A stretch of DNA of 63,429 bases, counting the filler, from Perkinsus olseni (taxonomy: Eukaryota), in the NCBI GenBank assembly GCA_013115125.1. It is 54 parts of 54 records of this genome, joined end to end, with 100 filler letters (N's around TTAATTAATTAA, not from the genome) between each part and the next. Parts side by side here need not be neighbours in the genome. Positions count along the whole stretch, not along the records: positions 36,817 to 37,886 come from JABANN010002135.1; positions 37,987 to 39,055 come from JABANN010002136.1; positions 39,156 to 40,224 come from JABANN010002137.1; positions 40,325 to 41,392 come from JABANN010002138.1; positions 41,493 to 42,560 come from JABANN010002139.1; positions 42,661 to 43,728 come from JABANN010002140.1; positions 43,829 to 44,895 come from JABANN010002141.1; positions 44,996 to 46,062 come from JABANN010002142.1; 46 more parts are not named here. One strand, written 5' to 3'. The position numbers and the translations under genes are program-made. How positions within the stretch are numbered: the stretch's first letter is position 1; every line of letters begins with the position of its first letter. Positions 36,981 to 48,556 of the stretch are shown one piece after another. The notes under the pieces are model-generated. The model ran no database searches, was not told where the DNA came from, and saw only the letters and a list, made by a program, of their open reading frames with translations.

Positions 36981-37780
36981 TCACGCATAGGGTCGTGCTT
37001 TAATATGTCCACCACATGTGATAAAAAGTTTTTCTAGCCTTTTGTCGACAGAATCAGTGAGGTTCTCGACTTCAGCTGAGCTTATGGCCTTAGCCGCCTG
37101 AACCGCATCCCATAGCGTGCCAAGGCCGTTATACTGTCTGTTGTTCGCGTAAATCTTCCTGAAGCCCAATAACGACTGCCTGAATGGAAATTCAGGACCG
37201 GCTACCTCTTCAAGATCACCCAGTATTTTTTTACCGGATTTAAATCCGGCGAATTGCTGGGCCACGGCAGCCTTCTGTGCTCTTTAAGGCTTTCCTTGTC
37301 GAGGAACGCGTTAGTGTAGCGAGACGTATGGGACGGAGCGTTATCTTGTATCAGGACGTACTTCCTCCCTTCCCCGTGAGGCTCTTTTTTCAGACAGCCT
37401 GCCTGAGACAGGATATCAAGCTACCACCAAGCAACTCGGTGTATCTGAATTGACCCAAATGCCAGACTGAGTGTTGCTCAGTTCTACTTCTATGAGTTGA
37501 GTTTGACCCCTGGGTCCACGCGTTCCGGCCCAATCACTCTGCCGTCGTCGACGGCAGAGTTGGAATCCAACCCATATCATCAATCCGCCCCCTCCTTGTT
37601 GGCGCTTGTTGCGGGAAGGCATGCGGCTTTCACTCGTTATCCTTCCCCCATGCTCACGCGAGTCTCGTCAGTCCATATCACCCATTGGGCGAGACTCTTC
37701 TAATTCTCTTGGCAAGAGAAATCTCTTTTAAGGTTGTCCCTCGCCCAGGCCAGCCTTTTGAAAAGGCTGGCCTGGAAAGG
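36981..37780 (-). pseudogene. Degenerate Tc1/IS630-type transposase, DD37E spacing, with an intron at 37159-37205
   Basis: RLAWAR, IWTDETR, GGGGLMIW, QDNAPSH and WPSNSPDLNPVK (Glu replaced by Lys); frameshifts and stops. Confidence 0.85.
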
Positions 37781-37986
37781 AAAGGCCCTTTTCTCTCTAT
37801 GAATCTTCGTCAGAGGATTGACAGAAGTTTGTAGCACAATATAAATGCGACGAGACTCATCGCACTGTTCAGACGAGAGTGGAATGNNNNNNNNNNNNNN
37901 NNNNNNNNNNNNNNNNNNNNNNNNNNNNNNTTAATTAATTAANNNNNNNNNNNNNNNNNNNNNNNNNNNNNNNNNNNNNNNNNNNN

Positions 37987-39055
37987 TGAAGCACTTCCTC
38001 TCATCAGCGTCATCCTCTAAGTAGCACCTGACCTGCTTGTTGTGGCCACAGGGTAAAACCACATCCACCTTGGTGAAGCACTTTAAATGAGACTCATCGT
38101 TCTGGAGATGACACCGTGCGGCCTTCTTATGCGGCATAAGTTATGCCCACACGGTAGGTCAACCATTACTGTCTTCTTGCACACATAAGTGCACACGTCG
38201 GTTGGAGTTGCCGAAAAACCCCCGCAACCAGCGCATTGATGCGAAGGGCGGGAATGCTCACAGTTAGTGGGAGCCTGTCGGTTGCAGAGCTGCTTACAGG
38301 CAACTTGGTCGTGACCGAAGACGTGACAGTTCAGATGGCAGAGATGTCCACAGCGCGGGAGAAGTTTCCCGCAAGGCTGTCTGCAACCACCGTCCTTGAC
38401 CTTCACAAAATCTTCAGACTTAGCGATTGGTTCGCGCATGTCAGGGTGATTGCGACACGCGAGAGTAAGGACGGGGCCAATACGGCCTTGATTCGTGAGC
38501 ATCTCGATGACGGTTCTCCAACTGTTAGCATTATCAAACATCTCTGAGTTACCGATAATGTAAAGTCCTTCCCGAGCTCGGGATAAGGCAACTATCACTC
38601 TGTTTTCGATCCCGACAAAGCCAATCCTCCTGGAAGCATTCGAACGGACAAGTGAGAGGATGATCACCTTGTTCTCCTCCCCTTGGTAGTCATCAATGCT
38701 GACCACTTTCACGCCTTCGATGCCATTCGATGCTATTAGACCGCAACTCCGGGTTAAGATGGTTGCGCATGAGGCGTTTCTGCCCGATGTAGGGAGTGAG
38801 CAACGTGATATCCGCTGGCTTGTACTGCTAGGTACGGACCAGGTAGAATGCTAACCCGACGACGAGCTTCGCCTCATGCTCATTCCTCTTGGAGGTTCCC
38901 TCAAACGATTGTTCGGGTTGGCGATGGTCGAGGAAGTAGACATCAGTGGCGACGCCGCCGACTCTGTCATACTTCTTGACCCTCTCGTGGTCGATGAGCC
39001 CATCCATGTAGAAGTGCTTCACCAACTGGCTGGCCTCAGGCCGCATACGAAGTTG
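37987..39055 (-). pseudogene. ZNFX1: ZNFX1-like SF1 helicase with NF-X1 zinc fingers, disrupted
   Basis: RMRPE, NEHEA, LTPYIGQ, SIDDYQGEENKVIILSLVRSN, VALSRAR, GGCRQPC and LPCGH repeats. In-frame TAG at 38828-38830 and two frameshifts. Confidence 0.85.
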
Positions 39056-39155
39056 NNNNNNNNNNNNNNNNNNNNNNNNNNNNNNNNNNNNNNNNNNNNT
39101 TAATTAATTAANNNNNNNNNNNNNNNNNNNNNNNNNNNNNNNNNNNNNNNNNNNN

Positions 39156-40191
39156 ATATTTCGCCAGCAGTAAGTTCGTGAACCGCGCCCGTGAAGTATT
39201 AGGAGCCTCGGTGGAGCCTTTGAGTGCTCGAAGCCCATTTGAAGGCGGGAAGTACGAGAAGCTCCACGACTTAGGAGCGAGGAAAATGAGAGTGTTGTTG
39301 AGGGGATCCAGCGGCAGAGTGAGTACTCTCAGCGACTCTGCGGTCGATGATATGCTGCTGGAAGTGTGCTTCATACTGAACACACGGCCGACCCTCTACT
39401 ACAGTTTCGATGCCGAGAGTGGGAAGCGCTGCATCACGCCTGATCTGCTGTGCTTCGGTTATACTAGAGTGTGCGGTGGCCAGTTCGGATTCATATCAAG
39501 TGAGAAGTCGATTCGGCCCGCACGCGATGTTGCTAAGATTCGACGCGAGTTTGTCGACTACCACTGGCGTGCTCTGAAGGAACGCTCGCTGGGTGCAGTC
39601 AAATCTAAGTGTCCAGCTAGTAAGCTCGCGAAGAATTTGAGCATCGGTGCGACGGTTCTCGTCTATGCTCCAAATCGGAAGCTCGGTTACCCATGGAAGA
39701 TCGGGCATGTGCTGGCATTTCGGGGCGATCATACTGTTGATGTTATTTACCCCGGGAAAGCACAGCGAGTAGTCACTGAGAATATATTCAATCTAGTGGC
39801 TGTGGAGCATGAGAAGTCGTGTGATGCTGTCGACGATCCCGATGACCCGATGTTCGATTGTGAACGCGAGTCCCTGGATCGTCCGAGTCTCATCGGTATG
39901 CCATTGTGGATTCTTCTCAACGTCAGAGGCCAGCGTAAGAAGTTTTGGTACGCGGCTACAGTTGTCAGAGTCTTCAAGAGCGGCCACGTCGAAGTCGACT
40001 GGCATGACGGCGTCTCGGCTCGAGAGAGGCTTTGGCTCGACAGCGAGGAGTGGCAGCTCCGAGACTTCTCCGATGAAGATCGACAGAGAGCTGCAGCTGA
40101 AGATTCAAGATTGGCGGACGGTCCTGAGAAGCAGTCCCGCCGAGAGGGGCGTGATGTGGATTGTGTTAAAGGGCGAGCGATAGTTAATTAA
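39156..40191 (+). mobile_element. BEL/Pao-like integrase C-terminus with a Tudor-like domain, PPT and 3' LTR start (40155)
   Basis: GGKYEK, ILNTRP, ITPDLL and WKIGHV, followed by GAGAGGGGCGTGA then TGT. Confidence 0.85.
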
Positions 40192-40324
40192 CGTGATGAT
40201 CTGCGGTTGAGTTGATCGCTGTTCNNNNNNNNNNNNNNNNNNNNNNNNNNNNNNNNNNNNNNNNNNNNTTAATTAATTAANNNNNNNNNNNNNNNNNNNN
40301 NNNNNNNNNNNNNNNNNNNNNNNN

Positions 40325-40460
40325 TTCATCGATAAACGGGTCCGACATGATGAACTGGGCCTTCTGCAATGCCTGATCCAATGTCTTGGGGTTTGCAATA
40401 CGCACCTTACGAGCAAGAGATACAGAATGACCACGAAGTCCACGTATGAATGCCATCAGG
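40325..40460 (-). mobile_element. Gag fragment
   Basis: AFIRGL...ANPKTLDQALQKA is a typical Gag capsid C-terminal motif. Confidence 0.55.
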
Positions 40461-40801
40461 ACTATGGACGAAAGGACGAAAGTTAGGTGGATAGCTATTG
40501 GAATGACGCTCTTTCCATCGGTGTGCTGCAATGAACCGGGAGATTAATACTTGAGGTACTTACTGAGTAAAAACTGGTATTTCCCCCCGAATTTTAAGCC
40601 GTGTATTCCAAAATTATTTGGCACATTTTTCGAGGGACCCTCCGAGATCTCGGCACCCATTAAGAGTTGTGGTCTGAAACTTTGGGGTTATACTCGGTAG
40701 GGTCCTAGAAGGTATCTCTATGAATTTCGTTTCGTAATTCGTCCCAGTTGGAGCTGGCGGCGAGAAAATCACGATATTCCAAATTTATTTGGAGGGCTGT
40801 A

Positions 40802-41320
40802 TTCCCTATAAGGATAAGGCGGCCAGCGCGCGGCCAGGACTTCTACTACCAGCCCAAGTACAAGTCGCTCGTCATCAAAGTGCAAGCGGTAGTAGATCTT
40901 GTCGGTCGTATAGTTCATCTGAGCCTTCCCTGGATCGGTGCACGCCATGATCTACACATCTACCGAGAGACTCTAAGGACCCGCGTCCTGGCAGTACCCC
41001 ACCAACGGCGTCTTATGGCAGATCTTGGTTACGCTACTGGGCATAATCAGCTACTTAGGTTGATCACGCCCCACAAGCGGATTCCGGTGCATGGATTGAC
41101 TCCGTTGCAGAATGCTTTCAATCGCGTGCATGCTAGTAGGAGGAGTATAGTCGAAAGAGCCTTCGCATTCATCAAGCGTTTCGATATACTTTACACAAGA
41201 TGCAGGTGTCTCCTCGAAAGAGCCCACAACAAGCCTCCCAAGGCGGTCTGTGCGTGTATAATTATCGTTAATTTCGACTTCCTATATCACCAACAGACTG
41301 GTATTGGTGTCGCTCCTTGA
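40802..41320 (+). mobile_element. PIF/Harbinger (DDE_Tnp_4-like) transposase core, 5' truncated
   Basis: IKVQAVVD, GARHD, LMADLGY, LITPHK and FNRVHASRRSIVERAFAFIKRF. Confidence 0.9.
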
Positions 41321-41392
41321 TACAGTGCTCCAAATAATCTTAGAATATTTCCAAAAAGAGCGATATCTCGGTAACAATCACGAATCAGAAGC
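41321..41392 (+). mobile_element. Tc1/pogo-like terminus (related to the inverse end at about 40775-40801)
   Basis: TA-CAGTGCTCCAAATAA here versus TA-CAGCCCTCCAAATAA on the minus strand at 40801. Confidence 0.6.
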
Positions 41393-41492
41393 NNNNNNNN
41401 NNNNNNNNNNNNNNNNNNNNNNNNNNNNNNNNNNNNTTAATTAATTAANNNNNNNNNNNNNNNNNNNNNNNNNNNNNNNNNNNNNNNNNNNN

Positions 41493-42560
41493 TTTAGTAC
41501 AGAGCGCTACGGGACTATAGCGTGGGGGCGCTAGAGGGACAGCTCCATAGCACCAGCTTTGTGTGCTATGATACGGAATCTCCTGGACGGTGACAGCACC
41601 TCACATGCCCCTCTCTTCGAGCTTTGTAAGGAATGAAAATGAAACGCATCAGACTACTACGATGAGAGCGTATTCGACATCCGTCGAGCCGCTCTCGAAA
41701 GACTTACAGTGCCATTGGTCACTCTAATACCTGGGACTAAAAGGGTCTCAGTACAGAGCATATCAAATTCATAGACTTCATCGCTATAAATTAAAACTGA
41801 CTCTTCAATAGTCACCTTAACTGCTTTGATAGTAGCTTCGTTGTAATTGACCGATACAACTTGGTACAGCGAACCCTTGGCCAACAAGAAGTCATTCTGA
41901 GTAACGCCATCAAGCCTATGAAGCTCCTTAGGAGGGATATCACCAGTCTTTGTAGTAGATATATTGGCAGTCATAATGTCTCTGTGATAGATCTTCACAT
42001 TCGATAGAGCTTGGGGGCGCTTCAATCCTTCAAGAACAACTTGGCCTTTATCAGTGTAGCCATCACAGTATAGGGTCCCCGCCACGAATATTTAAACTTG
42101 TCACCAGTAGGGTCAACCCAAACCAGGACTTCATCACCAACTTTCGAGCGGGGTCTCGGTACATGCCCTCTCTTATCAACCTCGAGCCGGTCGGTTTCAC
42201 GGTTGTGCATCCACTGCGCATCATAGATGAGACGAAGCTTCAACTGTTCTCGCAAGTCAGTAGATCTAGCACCATCGTTGAGCGGAGAGAACCATAGCGA
42301 GAGAGCCGAACAGGGACGATACAAAAAGAACAGCATATCGGGGGTAAGCAGTTGATCTCCGCGTAGTAATGAGGAACTATTAATAGCCATAGTAGCCTCA
42401 TCAAGATGCTGAATCAGCATCAGCATTGCTCATGCCACTCGCTGGACCGACCAGATAATGCCAGAACCCTTAGCAGTTTAGATATCGCCGAATGCCTCCT
42501 TTCGACAGGGGCACGACTCCAGGGAGAATTTGGGGAGTCGTAGCAAACTTCAATACCTTC
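41493..42560 (-). mobile_element. Frameshifted LTR integrase C-terminus, PPT (41606-41618) and 3' LTR start (41605)
   Basis: APVERRH, MAINS, LTPDML and WRGPYTV (GPY/F), then GAAGAGAGGGGCA-TGT. Confidence 0.8.
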
Positions 42561-42660
42561 NNNNNNNNNNNNNNNNNNNNNNNNNNNNNNNNNNNNNNNN
42601 NNNNTTAATTAATTAANNNNNNNNNNNNNNNNNNNNNNNNNNNNNNNNNNNNNNNNNNNN

Positions 42661-43728
42661 GGTGAATCATAGCTCATGATTCAGAGAGTTCTCGGAGACA
42701 ACTCCTCAGATACCCTGCTCGTAGTTGCATCGATTCGCCAAATATCCCTATGGATAATACTCGTTACGGCCAACCCACACATTGGAATCGCTGGCACAGG
42801 GATTTCGATGGACACGATAGTTGTACGGATGACGCCTGGGAGAGTCATGGTTTCAATGGGACCTATCCATCGGATTCTGGTTATCATACAGGATCATGGT
42901 CGGATTGGGGTCAACACGGAGGTACTTCATCGTGGGATTGGGATCGAAGAGATGCTTGTTCTCGGAACTACAATGACTGGTACTCCGCCGAGGACGCCTC
43001 AGACGAATGGAGCTGGTATGACGATGGGTGGTCGTGGGAGAATGAATTCAGAGCTAACACGGAAGATTATTCGTGGTACGATGGTTGGCAGAGTTCCCGT
43101 GGGAATTGGTGGTCCTGGGAGGAATGGGATGAGCCCAACTCAATGGGTGATGGTGGCCCTGATCCTTCGCCTCAAGCTCCAGGAGTTCAAACATCTGCAC
43201 CCCATTGGGATGGCAAGCGTGCGAGCACAAAGGTGAGCGTCACGAATCGTGACCCACGATTTTATTCTCTCGACTCCTTGGTTTCTACTCCCCTAATCTA
43301 CCTGTCGATCAACTCTCTCCACTGAGTTCAGAATGACAGAGCGTGAATTCAATCGACTCGGCTGTTGGCAGTCTATCAACGACAGAAAGCTTTTACCTTT
43401 CGCTCTCGTACCCTCCGTTTAGCGAGTTTTTGGCGTTGTTGACTATCCTTTGAGCTCAGGTGAACGTTGGAGGGAGGTTGCCACCTGACAACTGGCGCGG
43501 CAGCTGGAGTTATATCGGGTCGTTGAAGCTGCAAGACGAGGAACTGAGCGGGATCAAGTCGCTCAACGAGGTCAGCGATTTGGCTGATCGGATTGCGGGG
43601 TCTATGGGCGACTGTAGTAATCTTCGGGTTGAGAATACCCGAAGAACTGGGGGTGAGGTTACGATGAAGAGTCTGGAGTGTCGAGATCATGATCGTTGTG
43701 GGGTCCGACTACGCGCTGTGCTCGACTC
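42661..43728 (+). pseudogene. Degenerate gag-protease region with a Trp/Asp-rich linker
   Basis: W/D/S-rich ORF 42750-43325. A downstream frame ends at LRAVLDS, a protease-like motif. Confidence 0.4.
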
Positions 43729-44209
43729 NNNNNNNNNNNNNNNNNNNNNNNNNNNNNNNNNNNNNNNNNNNNTTAATTAATTAANNNNNNNNNNNNNNNN
43801 NNNNNNNNNNNNNNNNNNNNNNNNNNNNTATATGCTCCAACTTTCTGCCTTACTCCCTTTCATACGTGGAGAAAGTGGGGTTAGTGTGGTTTTCTCGGCA
43901 TTTCGGCGAGCGTCGTTAGGCGTTCCCAAGATAGGCTTCGAGCTTATGGCCGCTAAGCTCGGTTTTTTTTCGCAAGTTGACTGGAATAGGTGCGCATTTT
44001 CGAATTCTTATACTTCTGATTCTCCTCACACGCCGCTTTCAATCCAAGCGGATGGCACGTCCATTTCACAAGGCACACGCGTTAGCGCGCGAGAAACATG
44101 ACTTAATCTGCTTATTGATTTTTCGTGAGTAAACCAAAATCGTTTTTGGTCGTGGGCATGGCTTCGTTTCTGACCTGTATTTGACTTGAGTATCTTGAGG
44201 TTGATTCAG

Positions 44210-44895
44210 GTCCTCGGTATTTCTCGAATAAGTCTTTCATCGTCAGCAGCAGATGGCAACGCGGATGGTGGTATCATTTACCCAAGCCTAGCCCTGATTA
44301 CCATCGGTAGGTTCACTTGTTCTCATGCTTGCATATCTGCTGTTTTGTCCAAAAGAAGGAGTTTCACCTGGATTGTTCGAAGTTCCGTTTTCGCAAAGTG
44401 AAAAACGGGACATGAAAGGCGAAATGTTCTTTCATGTCGCGGGTGAAAGAAAAAAATGGGGAAATAATTCTCTTTTTTTCGACGAATAGAAATAGTTATA
44501 TCGCAGGGAAAGAATCGCCATGAGCGATGTGAGACGCGAAACGTTTTTTCATTAGTGTTTTTCATACCGCAGGGGAAACTCCCAACTTTTCAAAGCATCG
44601 CGAAAAGTTGAATCGTGCTTGGCCGTGACGAGCATTCTTCGGTTGTCATCTCAGCTCCGGTTGTGCTCGAGGCTTACGGCGAGTGGTGGAAGGGACGAAA
44701 ATTGGGTAAAGATATCTTGCGCGTGTGTGCAGGTCGAGTATCTTTGTTAGATTTGTTATTCCGAGATGCAATCACCGGCTGCCCTCATTTGCGGTCACAT
44801 GTTCTGCTGGCGATGCGCTACTGAATGGCTGGAGGAGAGGTCGTCGAGTCTCGAAGGGTCCCGAGGATGCCCCTTATGTGCGCAACGGTTGATCG
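44210..44895 (+). CDS. C3HC4 RING-finger protein, partial (possibly PEX10-like)
   Basis: ICYSEMQSPAALICGHMFCWRCATEWL...CPLC after a TTAG acceptor; the upstream exon assignment is tentative. Confidence 0.65.
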
Positions 44896-44995
44896 NNNNN
44901 NNNNNNNNNNNNNNNNNNNNNNNNNNNNNNNNNNNNNNNTTAATTAATTAANNNNNNNNNNNNNNNNNNNNNNNNNNNNNNNNNNNNNNNNNNNN

Positions 44996-46062
44996 GGTTG
45001 CGCCCAGAACCATAAGCGATCAAATTGCTAATGGGGCTTTGAAGGATCTGAAGGACCACAATTCCTCAGATCAGACTACTGGCTCCTGTCTCTTGGCATG
45101 GCAAGATATCAATCATCAGTCTACTGCGAACCAGATGGCTGAAGCTTTTACACGTTTCATTGGTGGCTGCCGCAGGATGGTTAAGCAAGCGAAGGATGAT
45201 ATGATTGCTCTGAGTTCTGCTGAACGCCCTCACAAGCATAATCCTATACTGCTACTACGTGAGTATGTTGGTCTACCCGGAAAAATGAAAGATCATCCTC
45301 AGCCTTGGAGTCGTATATTTGCCCGTGAGAAGCAGATCATCGAGAAGATATCTGAACATTGTGATGGTACTGAAATCAACTGGTCAATGCGCCGTCTTCT
45401 CTATGTCGAATTGGTCGCCGCCAGCAAGCGCTGGCAATTGAAGAGGGAGTCCCTTATGGCCTGCATGGAACGTATCCGTACTGCCGATGACCCTGCTGGT
45501 GTGATGGAGATCCTGACTGATGTGGCTTATGAATCTAAGTTCACCAGTATCGACACCTTTCTCAACTTGAAGAGGCGCGCTGAGAACAGCACCAATGACG
45601 GCGATGTAAGAGGTACTCCGAGGCCAAGGTTGCATACTGATGATAAAAACCCCAGTTCTGCTAATGAGATCATCATGACCCCTAGGCAGACCGGGGATCC
45701 ATCATCTCACTCGGGCAATAAGGATGACTTAATTAGGAGAGCCCCTAGGTCCTTCAATCCTCCTGCCCGTATTAAAGCTGTTGCTACTGCCCATAACGTG
45801 AATCAGTATGATTTAATGACTAGAATGAATAAGAGGTTATGCATCATCTGTGGTGAGAGTGGACACATGTATGTGAACTGTGTGAAGTTTAAAGTTTCTT
45901 CTGATTATTCTGATGGTTGTTGTGCTGCTATGAAGAGTAATCATGACATACTTCTTGTCGAACCATTGACCGTATCTATCATTGGTCGTAAACCGGTCAC
46001 AGCAAGATGCGGTTTCGACACGATGGCGTCAGTAACGGTCATAAGCGAGGCCTTCGTTAATC
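44996..46062 (+). mobile_element. LTR retrotransposon Gag plus in-frame protease start
   Basis: CIICGESGHMYVNC knuckle, then FDTMASVTVIS in the same frame. Confidence 0.8.
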
Positions 46063-46502
46063 NNNNNNNNNNNNNNNNNNNNNNNNNNNNNNNNNNNNNN
46101 NNNNNNTTAATTAATTAANNNNNNNNNNNNNNNNNNNNNNNNNNNNNNNNNNNNNNNNNNNNTTCTGTCAGATTGCTTGATGCGATACCAGCGCGGCCGG
46201 GGAGAGACGTTCTCGTAAGTACTGGCAAGGGACAGAGAACACTTGAGGAGGAGCACGGCAATGCAGTGGGTGGGAGAGGAGCCTGACATGACTTTAATGA
46301 CGCTTAGACGACAACTCAACTGTTGACGATAATCGAGACTGAGGCAACATTGAGGCTCTCATCACGATCAAGGAACAAGAGACACCAACCCACCGCCGGA
46401 GACGTCACCCGTATGGCTCGCCCAAAAATTGGAGCCGGTGGAATCGCCTCTTGCCCGAAATAATCGCCGAGGCTCTGGCGAGCACAGCATGAAGCGAAGG
46501 AA

Positions 46503-46740
46503 TTCTAAGGGCACGAGATATCGGATGCGCCAGCGTGGCCCCTTCGCTAGCTGCACGATGCATAGGTCATGAGCAACTGGTCATTCAATTCTGTCGATGT
46601 CCACCTATCCCTCCGTTGCTCACAGAACTGGTGGGGGGGGGGAGGGTCGGTCTTCCAAGTAGAAGTTGGATTCGAGAATGAAGTAGCGGTCGGTAAGCAT
46701 CACTCCCTGCGTGGAGAGTGGCACGAGAGGGATCACAGGG
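46503..46740. repeat. Degenerate dispersed repeat, homologous to 54367-54603
   Basis: Shared collinear blocks, e.g. GCATAGGTCATGAGCAACTGGT and GCACGAGAGGGATCAC. Confidence 0.8.
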
Positions 46741-47328
46741 TATTCAGTCCTCGAATAGATATCCAGTATGATCCTCAAACTAACCCCATGGACATCACTT
46801 CTTATCTGCCAACATAAGCAATGTTCAACACATGAAACTGGCGTCGCAGCGCTTCTCAGTTAACCCCTACGCGATCTTGCCAAGGTGTACAAGAGAAGAG
46901 ATTACCTCATCCCCCATCACGACGTTTAGGGTCACGAAGTGAGAACGATTCCCTGGCAACCCCACCAGTAGTGGGAAACATTTCTCAGAATCAACGACCC
47001 TAGCATTGAGAATCCTGATCTGGGATGACGACAGGGAACTCTCTTTGGGCTATTAGACCAATAGTATCGGTACACTATGCGGGTCTGACAACTTCGCTAG
47101 CTGCTGAGGCAGCCAAATAGTCGACACTGAGGAAGTCTAACCCGCCGGTCATTATCCGCTCAAGTTGAGCCGCTCGACCGTGGGACGGTTGATTTGAAAG
47201 GAGCCGAACAAGAACAGGAAAAACTCCTNNNNNNNNNNNNNNNNNNNNNNNNNNNNNNNNNNNNNNNNNNNNTTAATTAATTAANNNNNNNNNNNNNNNN
47301 NNNNNNNNNNNNNNNNNNNNNNNNNNNN

Positions 47329-48391
47329 GGCGTCAAGGATGGTGGGGCCGAAGCAGGCGTCAATACCGGTGTACCTTGTATATCAGACACCCTAGAACCT
47401 TCAGAGTGAAGACTAGGAATATCAGGACCAAAGGCATCATCGACCAATACATCACCGAGTTGAGGGCTACGAACCTCGGGTACCAATGACGGAGCCGATG
47501 GTGCAGCAACAGAAGGAGCCGCAGGTATGGCCGGAGAGCCCAAAGGGTTCCCACGGTCTTGAGCCACCCAATACACTGGGGCCTCACCTTGTACTGCACT
47601 AAGGGGGGAGCCAATCTCAGCACAGTCTGAGGAAGCTTCATCACGGGCCGAACGATCACTCGGGGTTCTTCGCGCTTCCGAGGGAGCCGAAGAGACCTCA
47701 AGTAACGGGTACAGCGGCACGACCGGGGCTTCGTTCACAGGGGGGTCCATCCGGACGATGTTGAGCTGAGCTGGCACAATGTCGGGCTGAACCCGGTCGG
47801 CTAAGATATAGTCAGTGGAAATAACCTTCTCCTTCATATCCGGGAAATGCCGAACCACAACCGTCTTGTTGTTCGCACCCGCGACAAACTTGAAGATATA
47901 CCAGTCCGCTTGCCACTTAGGAAGCAGTTTACGGGCCGGAGCATTATTCCCATGAAAAATCTTCAGGCGAACTCGTTGCCCAACAAAATGACGTCGATGA
48001 GACAGCGGTTGATTAGCCGCCAACCGATGTGGAGCACCATTAGCAGTGACCCACTCGTCCACAACATCAGCAATCTTAGCACGGGCTCGGGCCAAATAAG
48101 CAGCATAGCTAGTCGGGTCATGCATCAACGAAGAGTATTGATACAGACTAGGAAGCAGCGTCTGAGGCGGGTCTCTCCCATACATAAGATAAAACGGGCT
48201 GAATCCAGTGGCCGAATGCGGGCAGGTATTATACTGCCAAAGTACTGAACGTAGATGACCTTGCCAATCACCGAGCGTCTGAGTCGCCGTCCTCAAGAGA
48301 TTGAGAATAGTAGAGTTGAAACGCTCGACATGACCGTTAGAGCTTGGATGATGCGGAGTTGACCGAACCTTCGATATCCCAAGGATCTTCA
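47329..48391 (-). mobile_element. Ty3/gypsy integrase C-terminal half
   Basis: STPHHPSSNGHVERFN, YNTCPHSATGFSPFYLMYGR and RKLLPKW. Confidence 0.93.
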
Positions 48392-48556
48392 NNNNNNNNN
48401 NNNNNNNNNNNNNNNNNNNNNNNNNNNNNNNNNNNTTAATTAATTAANNNNNNNNNNNNNNNNNNNNNNNNNNNNNNNNNNNNNNNNNNNNCTATCCATG
48501 GCCGGCACCTCGACACAAGCGTGAGGTAAGAGAATCCCGTCATGATCAGCCATACG

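Noticed and set aside
38828-38830. In-frame TAG as evidence of stop-codon reassignment
   Set aside because: The same gene has frameshifts, and TAG ends other ORFs normally (e.g. the gag at 27732), so pseudogenisation is simpler.
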